A stretch of 64,000 bases of DNA from Phoronis australis (taxonomy: Eukaryota; Animalia; Phoronida). Where the stretch lies: contig NMRA01000976.1 of the NCBI GenBank assembly GCA_002633005.1, positions 17,870 to 81,869 on the forward strand, written 5' to 3'. Positions within the stretch are counted from its first letter, which is position 1. Each line of letters opens with the position of its first letter. The translations under genes and the position numbers were made by a program. The notes under the pieces were generated by a model. The model was not told the DNA's origin and made no database searches. It saw only the letters and a list, made by a program, of their open reading frames with translations. This document shows, one piece after another, positions 53,161 to 64,000 of this stretch.

Positions 53161-55159
53161 GTTAACTGTTCTCAGGCCGCTCAGATATGACCACACCACA
53201 TGTGCGTAGTACAAAGATTACGTGCATGTGACTACAGGTCCACTTAAAGTCCTGGTCCCACACGTTGTTAACCCTTATTACATGGTTAGAGGATGTTATA
53301 AGGATTCAAGAAGTACCTACCACATAACTAATACACGATTCGTACTCGAAACAAGTTTAAATGAACGCGCCACTTACGATTTGCACCCGAAGAACCACCG
53401 CCATTTTGAACTTACCGAGAACCCGGAAGTACAATTCATTTAGGAACCCAGGCTAAAAAACGCCGTCGGTGCGAATGGACGAGTACCTGTTGCCAGCCTG
53501 CAAATAGGGATAAAATAATCGACAGCGCGCCTTAATTTTAATAAAATCAGAATACGGACAATTTCATCGAATTTGCTGAAGAAATGTGGCGAATAAATTT
53601 TGACAGAAATTATTTTGCCGGACTCGGAACCGCAGCTTGTCGGACCCGGTGTTGATCGAGACCAGACACTGGCGAACGGTAAAGGCTTGCGGTTTCAAGC
53701 TGTTTTGTCGAAGTAAAATGTTCAAATCATAAATGCCGTATACAATCAAAGGTAGTTTCAGACACTTGCATAAAACGACCGTCTGGTTAGTCCTGTGTCA
53801 CACTGCCGCGGTAGCCCTTAGCTAGCCTCAGTGCCAGCTACCAGAAATGAGACGAAGTCCAACGGGAATTGTGAGCACATTTATCACTTAATGAGTAACA
53901 ACTGCGAAGCTGAAATTTGTTGAACACTGTTGAATCGTGCAGAATAGTAAGTAAAGATATGTCTCACTAAATTTCACCGTAATTTGTTGGCGAAAACAAT
54001 TTACACAAAGTTTTAAACTCGTAACTTATCCCTCTGTCCTCCAATATGGCCGACGCGATCCAAACAAAGTGACCCAAATTTCGCCACAAAAATTGCAATA
54101 ACTTTACACTGCTTTCCCCGATTTTGATACTTTTTTGATTTTTACTGAGTAGAATGCACTAGCTTTTCGATGATAGCAAAGTACTTTTCACTTTCAAAAC
54201 GAGAAAAAAGTCTAAACGAAAATTTGGTACGACTCATATTGGTTCCTAGGTTCGACCGCCCTACGTAAGGAACTAAACACCAATGCTATTTTAACATAAT
54301 AAGTACGCGTAACATTCCAAAAAAATTCAACGACCACTAACTACAAACTATAAATACACTACATATGCAAACAGATCACGAGATATTACTAATAAAACAA
54401 AATAATGAAGATTTTTCGAGCAAGCGATAGCACATTCAGTTACAAGGAAAATGGCCATGCGTTCAGGACAAGTTCCTGAACTGATGAGCCGGAAATGTGG
54501 GACGGAAATAACCGATGACAGCCGGTAATGTACGCTCACAGAGAAAAGTCAGATACTGTTAAAAATGGCTTTTGGCAAGAAAGGAGAAAAAAATAAAAAG
54601 AAAGGGTTTCGAAAATAAGAATTTATTTAGTAAGTATTTTCGGATACTGGAACCACATGGGCATTTTGAGACCAGGACTTTAATAAGGTAATCATTGGTT
54701 CTTAATTTCAGAGTAATATATAAAGATAACGTAAGGCCCTGATGATGTCGGTATCTTTTTACTAATAACTCTCATTTCACACCGTATGCAAAATGTCAAC
54801 TGTGAATGGAAAACTGAGCCCAGTGTAGAATTTGCATACTTTGATATATCCTCCATAAACATACTGTATATTATGTATGAATCTCCAATCCCATTCTAAT
54901 CTGGTAAATAGCATTTAGTAGAGAGTTATAAGTTATATTGATTACTAACACCTTTGCTCACTGTTTTTTATATTTCCAAACCCATATAAAATAAGTTTTA
55001 CCTACTACTGGCTACTTTCTACCATATAGGTGTAGAGTGCTGGGAATAAGTATACGTCCAGGCTATCACCGCAGTTACCCCATCGGTAGACATTTGTACA
55101 GTTTATTGCTCAGTTTGAAATAATAATATAACCTCGAAAACATTTTTAAATTTGGTCAG

Positions 55160-55292
55160 CCCGCCACACGTTGCCTTATTACGTGATCTAATGAAATGAC
55201 TGAAAAGTTCTCCTAACTTGAACCGGAATTACAAGCCGGGACCCTCTGTTATCTGTGCAGGCGCTCTAGTCCACTGCGCCACTGGAATCACC
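55160..55292 (-). mobile_element. Degenerate tRNA-derived sequence (SINE head or tRNA pseudogene)
   Basis: Minus strand shows an A-box TGGCGCAGTGG, then agagcgcctg and a degenerate B-box gcttgtaattcc. No complete cloverleaf. Confidence 0.5.
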
Positions 55293-58200
55293 GGTCGAAC
55301 TCCGTGCTGATCAGGCTTGAAACATAGCCGATACATAAAAAAATTCATATTCATACAACTAATATTACCTGTGTTTTACAAAAATGTATTTGCTTACCAA
55401 CGCTGTCAATTTCTGGAGACTTCAGAATAAACACTACAGTTACTGACACTCAGAAGGTAATAAGTAAAAATGATCTCTTAAGATTCAGTAAGGAACTGTG
55501 AATTTACACTATTGTGCTTTTTAATTTAGTGTACCATTCTGGACCATATAAATCGTCACGTGTTTATGCTTCCCAGGTGTTACAAAATTTCAAAAACAAA
55601 CGGTTAAACTTCATGAACTTAAAGTAACGCAGTGTTGTTCCCTTTATGTTGACTATTTCGAATTTGCAGTTATCAGAAAATTGAGAGATTGTTTGAAAAT
55701 TTCGCAAAGCTTAAGACCTTAATTGACTTATAACGTCATTGGTCATCTAATCCTGTAATTGGCCCGAGACTGGAAGAATTTGTGACATCGGCATCATAAA
55801 AACAAGCTTCACTGTACGTACGTACATGTATTACAACCATTTCGTGCGTGATATGTGATTGATACTGTAGCGCAAAAGTAGTCAACTTGTTTCAACCGCT
55901 CAGTGTTAAGTTGTTATTTGCGAGGCCAAAGTCAACATATGACAATCACGTTTGATTTCCAATTTCTATTTTCTTAGATCACCTCGTGTTGCTAACATTC
56001 CCTCCACTGAATATTTTATTAACCAACTTGAGATATAATTACGAGTATTCTAAGCTGAAATAAATGCCATTTCATGATTGGTGACGATGACATTAACTCT
56101 TGCAATAAGACAAACCCGGATTTCAATGATTTCGACAATATGTAATATTTCCCAGATGTCAGAGATGATTTTAATTTACCGGGTACTCTGAAGATGATAC
56201 ATGTAGATGTTCCTGTGTGAGAGCATTCGAAAAAAATATTATTCAACCATTCATTTCATACTGGAACTTTTCCAAGTGAATGGACGAGATCATTACTTAT
56301 ATCAATTTCCAATGGAGCTGTGAAAATTCCCGCATATCTTTAGAAATGCGTGTTTTCCTTGTAAGCGAAGTATTCACTGCATGTCACGCAAAACATATGA
56401 TTTTTAGGCGAGGTGATTTTGTGAAAACGAACAAAGGGTGGTTCTACATGTATGCTATAATTCCAATTAACATCATGAGCGCGTAAAAAAATCTTGGCAT
56501 TACCTTTGTGTCTAAAGAAACCTGGGTCTTGGCCCAAATCACACTAGGGCTCCAAAGAGGAAAAATAAGGGCCCAATTTTGGAACAAACATTTTGAACAT
56601 ATTTCACCAGGATGTATGAACACATCACTGTTTGTCACGATCTAAGTGGGTGACGATTGCGTCTACTTTTTGGTGCTCTTGTGGAATAACAGTTCAAAAG
56701 TTTGACTTCTTTATGAACTATTGTAAGTTTAACATGATCAGTTCCATAATGGAAGACTTCAGACCGTCCCATTCATGTCGTGAAATTGCCAATATCTTAA
56801 ATTTAAAAAATTATATTGGGTAATTCGTTCAATCAAATAAATTATCTGACATGGTGATCATTTCCACGTGATGCTTTCGGATACTATTCTTGATCCATTG
56901 TGTTCCTACAATTTATTGGGAATTGTTTTTAGAATGCTCCATTTTTTGCATGGTGGGATTTAAAAAAAAAAACAGGACTGACGAAAAAAATCAAAGTTGC
57001 ATCAAACGGAAAGGAAAAGATGACACAATTTTACAGAGCTAATTTGAATATTTTAGGTATTCGGCTACACGGATAAACTTCTCAATAAGAGCCTGCGTAA
57101 ACATAGTTGCTCCACTTGTGCCACTCCTCAACTTCATTTGCTACAGAAACTTGGTTTTGAAGTTTACGCTTTTTCAGTCTGTCCTCTTGGATTATTCATT
57201 TTACTTTTATAGCCGGGCTATGAAAAGTACATGTAGTTTCATCCAGGTACGTATGGTTTACAACTAGTGACATTTACACTAACCTACATCTCTAATGTCT
57301 CTGTAATTCACACTTAGCCCAGTCAATGAGCTATCCTGGTATAGGTCATTGGCCCAGTGTACACATTATCCAGTCGGTATTATACACAAGAACCTGCGAA
57401 CTTAAGAGATCACATGAAACTTCGTTATGTCTTTCTGTTAAAAAACACTCTTCAGACATAATACTGAAAAATGATTTTAACTACCGGGTTTCAGGTATTC
57501 CTCTTTCGTCATATATCCTGAAGTTAATTAGTAGTCGCAGAGATTGATTTGATCGAATGCTTTGGAAAAGTCCATGATTAGGACTTCTGCCTGAGCAATA
57601 CAGTATTAGTTGCTAACAATGGCATGATGGAATTGCAGCAGTTGCGTTTCACAGGACCTATTACACCTGAAACTCTGTTAGAGGCCAATATTAGACAAAA
57701 TTACTTACAGATGTCTGTCGGAATACTGAGTAAATGTATGATTTATATTTCAAAACGAGAAAAAATCAAATATTTCTATCAGGTTACACGTATGTGAATG
57801 TCCAAGATTTTGTCTTGCAGAGGACCAGGCGAGTGAGATGCAGTCTTGTGGTGATGCTGTGGTCGTACCAATCAGCTCAGGTTTCAACTAATCAATCACC
57901 GTCTTTTCTTTTAGATCCCAGATATTGGTACTTGGTCCAGTGGGAGCAAAAAACCAATAACGATATTGATGTCTTTACTTCGTAAAGTAAGCATTTGCTT
58001 ACCTTCATTAAAATCTCCATTTTGTGTTGTTTGTTCAGCTTTCCTATGAGCCATACATGTGACAAAGGTTAACTGTTTTAGATGATATGTTTGAAGCTGT
58101 GAAACAAGGTATATGTACCATACATCAGTACTTCTTCCTGGTCTTTCACTCGGTATTCCACCTAAAATTAATTAACGACGTCGGTATGCTATTTTTAGCC

Positions 58201-58929
58201 GTGACACGGACATTCACCAGAGTCTGTACTCCTGCTGGGCTACAGCAACACATATCGTACACTGATGAAGACACCAGCTTCAATTGGCTGCCGAAAGTGT
58301 CTGAAGTGATGCGAAATTTTTGGAAGATGACATCTTTTAACAATGAAGGACCATTGTGACGTTATTTCTTGTGAAAAAATTAAGTCTATTCTTTATCGTT
58401 TATAAGGAAAGGCGCGAGTCAAAATTGATAGACTCCAGAAGTTCCGCCAACTAGAAACACAACAGACCTTTACAAGGAAGGCGGTTTTTCTTGGGCTACT
58501 TACGTGTCCACCACACTTGTTGCACCGTTCTGTAAAGTAACTTTCACCGGCTAGTTTGTTATTGATTGAGACTTGGCCAAGCCAAAAGAGCCTCCGTGAC
58601 AAGCAAAGTTGTACGGAGGATTCGATAAAAACGCTCATTGACACTCTCTGCCGGTTTAAGGGTGCTTAATCTTAATTCTACGGTTATGTTGATTCCTGTC
58701 TGAATGCGATTTCGAAGCAGTTCTTATTATATCATTTGATTGCTAGCCTACGGTCTTGTCATTCAGTATACTTTTACAATGAAACATCGTTATGCAGTGT
58801 TGAGATAAACATAAAACGCAAAACTGCGTTTAGAGATATTTATATTTTCTTCGAAATAATTGCGAGATATTACCAGCGCATGTCAGCTAATACAATTAAA
58901 AACAGTTACATGAAAAGTACTCGAACAAC

Positions 58930-59348
58930 TGTCGCAGAATGTGTTACTGTGTTTTTGGTTCATTACTTGTTTAGTTTAGTCACCGTATTACATCACTTAC
59001 TGTTGTTGTTTACTACCATTTTCTCTGCATGCAGAAGATGAGTAATACTTCCTTTCCCACGGAACTGTTTATTTATCAGCATATTGCATCCTTTATTTGT
59101 TCAATGATTTCATTGGTTAATTCGTGTTTCTCAGGTCTCTATATATATATCACTTTCACTATATTCTAAGTAGTATCAGTAGCTTCAGTAGTATGAGTTG
59201 ATTAGTAGTTTGTTCTCCGCATTGAGAGTTGTTCTCATCATTCGTTGACAGTCTTCAATATACTAGTCAAGATTCATCTCTTGTGTTTCTTGCCTATACG
59301 TACCACTTCGTACACAGCCAAACCGCATTTTCACGTGTACTCCCCACA
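58930..59348 (-). mobile_element. Solo LTR (419 bp)
   Basis: TG...CA termini with a 5-bp TSD ACAAC (58925-29, 59349-53). Paralogs A and B have a single ACAAC at this site. TATA-like and AATAAA motifs occur in order on the minus strand. Confidence 0.8.
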
Positions 59349-59354
59349 ACAACT

Positions 59355-59421
59355 TCATTGTATGTCATGCGTTCCCTTCTGTATCGAACGACGATTTTTG
59401 GGAGTCGCTTGCACGCCCGAC
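59355..59421 (-). pseudogene. Peptide gene copy C, remnant of exon 3
   Basis: Encodes VGRASDSQKSSFDTEGNA*, homologous to A/B. RR is changed to GR, there is a premature TGA, and the acceptor and N-terminal peptide are deleted. Flanks at 56.9-59.7 kb align with A/B. Confidence 0.8.
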
Positions 59422-62412
59422 TACTAAGGAAGAGCCAGTGGTGACTAAATATTTCATTCGTTATACATGTATGTACTGTGCTTCGGTGGCTCTATAACAA
59501 CTAATTTCAAACTAGAACACAATAAAAATGAAGCGGTGTATTTATTAAAATGGTACCAAACCCGATTTCGGCAAGTTTTTCCAAAGTGCTTTTGTTAACT
59601 GTTATTAAGCGATTAGTACATTTCATGAGATGAATCAACACAATACTTATTCAAGATGTCCTCGTTGTAATGTAAAAAAGGTGTTTTAGGATTCCAAGTG
59701 GATGGCTTTCCCTCATTAAAATGTCACCCTAATGGTCAGCCTGACTTTTGCCGCTGATCTTTGCTTTGCTTTCATGCCAGTCCGCGTTTAAAAATGTCGT
59801 AGAGTAGCCAGAAAAGGAAGCAAAAAGTCTGCTGAACATCGAGAAATAGTAGAAACGGTAATTCGATCTCTGGGAGCTTCGTAAGGGCCTGTACAAGAGT
59901 GAAGATGGCCACAAAGCCGATCGATGACAGGCGATTGATCACTTCCAGGCTGGAAATGAGACAATGAACGTTTCATTATTTGTGACTGACTTACCTAATC
60001 CGTTATGGAGTTTAAGTACAGTGCATAGTAGAATGGAATTGAGAAATTGTCCGCATTGAGTAATGGGTTGATGGTGGAAACACGGAGCTCCGACATTGTG
60101 GCTTCTTCAGCCGGCTTACTGGGGGTACGCCTAACTCCCCCTAGCCGAGTGGGCCAGGATGTCAGAAATAAGTCAACTGATCTGTAACATGTGTAGACCT
60201 GTATTAAACAGGACGGAATTAAAATGTTAATTCGATTGGCTGTGAGATCTAAGAGGGCGATAACCAGTTGGCACTTTGCCATGAACATGCGACATGAATC
60301 CTTTAACTTAAATTTTATTATTTCACTGCAATTCTCCACGAAGTATCCACTTCGGTCCCTTTTACAGACTGCACAGATTTGTACAGATACTTACATATAC
60401 TTTAATGGAATTATTAGGTATTGCAAGGTAAAATCTCACCAAATGATTTTCAGACAAAATCATGTGCAACTTTCTTATTTCCGAAAGGCTTATATATTAG
60501 TGTTGGGAGCGCCCAAAACTTCTCGTAAAGATGTGTGCGGAAGGTTATGCATGTGAAGAACAAAACTATAGAATGAAGCACTTAGTTTGCACAACTTATG
60601 AAACAAATGCTCGCCAGAGTGAGTCCAATGTTGGCGAGACTCAGCACACTTCTCTACAGCTGAGAGTGGTGAAGGGGTCATTCGTCACGGTTCACGACCG
60701 CATTTTTTCAAGATTCACAGATCTCAAAGCAGATTTCCAATGCACTTCAGTTGCCGCCAATTATCTGACACCAATTCTTCCCCTGCTGGTTGCAACAAGT
60801 TTGCGCGGCGATCGTGGCCCTATACAATTTTTGTTCATGTCCATGGATTTCGACTGAAACCATGGTTCATAGTCGCTCAACCCTATCAAGTTAATGGTTA
60901 CCTTCAAAGAAGACGAAATATTTCAATTTCACACTCACTCATAGCCTCGTCTAAAAGTCTTATCTAAAAGCAGAAATCTTACAGAAGCGAAACGATGTGG
61001 GGCTGTTTTTTCAACTGTAATTAAAAATACTGACGTAGCCAAGGTAGACAAAGATGGGTCATGCCCCTTTCTCATTGCAACAATGTTCTCCAGCGGCAAA
61101 AAATTCTCAGTTTGGCGTCCTAGTGTTCACTGCATTTGCCTCCACAAAGGCCTTGCCTTCTAGCCTGTTAAGAGTGCCTGCATACATCAATCAGGCAAGT
61201 AGTCTTAATCTGAGAACAGGAGTACAAACGTATTGTGAGATTATTGTAGTTTACTATTTCGTGAATTGAAGTAACTCCAATAACCGAAAAAAGTTTGCGT
61301 CAAGAGCCTATTTATGAAAGCATCAAGCAATTTGTCACAATCTTGCTCAGAAACTTAGCCATGTGCCAAGTTTACAAAAAGTCTTTGAAGTACATATATG
61401 TCAGATTTGTTGAATACTACGTTCCCTTTGTTTTAATGGCGTTAATAGATAAAATCTAAATTGGCGACAAGCTGATCTCGCGTTAATCCTCGCCCACCTT
61501 TGTCTAATTGCGGGTATCTGTAGGTGCACCTACATGGGGAGGAGTAACGTGTTTAAAAGTAAGACATGCATCGAGAATCTGCCTGTGGCTAGGATGTCGT
61601 TTCCGTATCAAAAATTGTCAGCAAAGCTACTGAGCATTGGGTCTGGTTACAGGATCAATGTTGCTCACCATTCGTGTTACCCTTTGTGGCATTCGCTTAT
61701 GCATCCCAAGTACAAACTGACATGGATCAAGGAAACGTCATTGCAGTACTTTATCATATCCGATGTCAAGGTAACAATTGAACCGAGAAGTAAACTGTGA
61801 AAACTCAACAACACCTACGGAAACTCTTGCACCGACACCGGAGGCACGCTGGATATGGTGTTTTGTCGACGGTGAATAGACACTTGCATGTCAACGGTCA
61901 CGTCAAATGTTCGATATTACGGTGTTGAAATTTGAGTAGAGATTAGAACTGGTTCGAAGGAGGCGTCACGGAGGGAATGTTCAATAAGACTTTTAATCCA
62001 TCGCTAAACTCACTCGCAGTTACAAAGTTCGCCTTGTCCGTTGTTTGGAACGGTAATTTAACTCGAATGTCGTGACAACACAGCGGGCAAACCCACCTGT
62101 CCCGCCAATCCAACCGTTCAACTATTTCTCTAGAAGGGACTGGCACGTTCCCGAGAGCTTAAGGGGTCACTATTTAATTAGAATGATACAGTATAGCTGA
62201 ACAGATTTAATTTTACTAAATATGACTTCTGTTTAGTAATACAAAACATGATGCAGTTAACCCGTGCTCTCAACTCCTGTGGACTCAAGAAACAAGAACT
62301 GCTGTGCGTCATATTGTCTACACGTCACCAAGATTCTCCAGATGTCGACTGGTCGTTAAAAACGGCGTACCTCTGAAATTTGTTCACGTATGGCAGATAC
62401 GTTAAACTTAAT

Positions 62413-62987
62413 AACCCAAACCCTAAACCTAATCCTAAGCCCAACCCTAACCCTGACCCTAACCCTAACATTAACCTAACCCTAAACCAAACCCTAACAG
62501 TAACCATAACCCTAACTCCAACCATAGCCAGAACAATAACTCAAATCTAATCCTAACCCTAACCCGAAAATTAGCCCAAACCCTAACAATAACTTAACCC
62601 TAACTCTAACGCAAACCCTAAAACTAACCTAACCCTAAACCGAACCCTAAACCCAACACTAACCCTAACCCTAACCCCAACCCGATTACTAACACCAACT
62701 CTAACCCTATCCCTAACCCTAACCCTAACCCTAACCATAACCCTAACCGAACACCAACACATACCCCACTCCCAATCTCAACCCCAAACCCAACCCAAAG
62801 TTTAAGCCTAACCCTAACACTAACCCTATTCCTAACCCCAACTCCCATCCCAACCATAACCCCAACCCTAATCCCTATTCTAATCCTATCCCTAACGTTA
62901 ACCCTAACCCTAACCCTAATCCTAAAGCTAACCCCAACCCCAACGCCAACCCCCAAACCCATCCCTAAACCTAACCCTATCCCTAAC
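62413..62987 (+). repeat. Degenerate interstitial (CCCTAA)n telomere-like hexamer tract
   Basis: About 570 bp of ccctaa/ccccaa/ccctat/tcctaa variants, with ordinary sequence on both sides. Confidence 0.9.
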
Positions 62988-63554
62988 ATGAGTGTAATTC
63001 CCGTTTCCACTCTCTTCTGTGTGTGCATACTAATTGTCGTTCAAAATCGTCCTCGTCTTCTGAACTGCTTTGCTCCGCCATTGCAATTGAATGTAAAGTT
63101 ACCAAACGTCTTCCACACATTACATCATTTGGCAGGAAACTCGGTAATAATTAATTTTTCTTTAAAATTAAAAAAATCACGACTCTTTAGCACCGAAGTG
63201 TTTACTTAATTAGATTTCATGGTATATATTTCATATTAGCTAACTTAAATCTCAAAAACTATGAAAAACATTAGTTCAACTTAATTGAGCGTACGTGACA
63301 CGTGCCCCTTCCATTCGTCAACTACCAATGCTAAGTTTGCCCTGTGGGGACCTAGCCCAGACATTTCCTTCAAGAGGAGTTCATTTTTGCGGCAGTGCAT
63401 CTTAACGCATATTTTGTACGTAAATACAGGCATTTCGAAGAAGAGCCAGAAAACTTTTTGCATCGATTTTCAAAAGCAATTTTATTCAAATTTTAAAGTC
63501 CAGCTGACACTGCATTTCTACGTGAACCCTTCTTTGGCAGGGAAAATAAAGTCA

Positions 63555-64000
63555 CCATGCTTCACTAGTACCGGCCTGTACAGCAGAAACGTAAAGATCC
63601 AGTTTACCTTTACGTGACTCGTGGAATAGTACAAGGTTGCTAAAGACCGATTGGTGATGACACTAAGGGACACCAAATATGTTAACATCCGATATCCAGG
63701 AGTTAAAAAACGAACAGGGAGGAAGTGGTCGGCTAATGCTGCAGTTTTGTACGTGCAGAGTAGGCTTGAAGGCAAGAGCTGGGAATATCAAGAAACCAGA
63801 GCTGGTGTTGCGTGAGTATTTCATCCATACGGCAAATGGTGCAAGAGGACATCAGAAGTGAAGAGGAAACTAAGACCTGTACATAGGGCAGTCACGGCCC
63901 GAAGCTATCATGGACGGAACTTTTGCAAATGGTTCCCTTCCGGATTCCGGTCCAATCACGATCAGCGCACTCGTTTCCCTCCAACATTCACATATGGGGC
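63555..64000 (+). mobile_element. HERO (R2/NeSL-group) non-LTR retrotransposon remnant
   Basis: FTSTGLYSR...LVE*YKVAKDRLVMTLRD...RTGRKWSA, SWTELLQMVPFRI and PSNIHIWG match post-RT motifs of HERO elements. Internal stops are present. Confidence 0.75.

Noticed and set aside
62624-63028. 134-aa Gly/Leu/Val-repeat ORF (and the ORF at 62325-62525)
   Set aside because: This is simply the translation of the degenerate TTAGGG tract.
1-64000. CRISPR arrays, rRNA genes and intact tRNA genes
   Set aside because: None were seen. The DNA is eukaryotic, and the short-motif arrays lack constant-length repeats with unique spacers.

Overview
AT-rich, repeat-rich eukaryotic (animal, probably marine invertebrate) DNA with GT-AG introns and five single-N assembly breaks (13182, 14948, 16816, 19146, 33608). 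No prokaryotic features or CRISPR are present. Two host loci can be reconstructed. (1) A minus-strand, three-coding-exon C2H2 zinc-finger gene of the ZFP91/ZNF692/ZNF653/ZNF276 family (9490-3762, about 604 aa). (2) A tandem array of small minus-strand genes for secreted prepropeptides that the ORF track misses entirely. Copy A (72 aa, CDS 24344-23078) and copy B (71 aa, CDS 44067-38089) look intact: TATA box, non-coding exon 1, signal-peptide exon, and a peptide exon with a conserved RR site. Copy C (~59.4 kb) is a pseudogene. I do not recognise the peptide family, and it is the best candidate for an undescribed system here. The remainder is decayed mobile DNA: L1/Tx1, CR1/Crack, HERO and Penelope remnants, a THAP-bearing Kolobok-type element, Harbinger- and hAT5-type MITEs, tiny palindromic elements and a solo LTR. 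There is also a degenerate (CCCTAA)n tract and two gap-bounded near-identical duplications that are probably uncollapsed haplotypes. All translations and alignments were done by eye.
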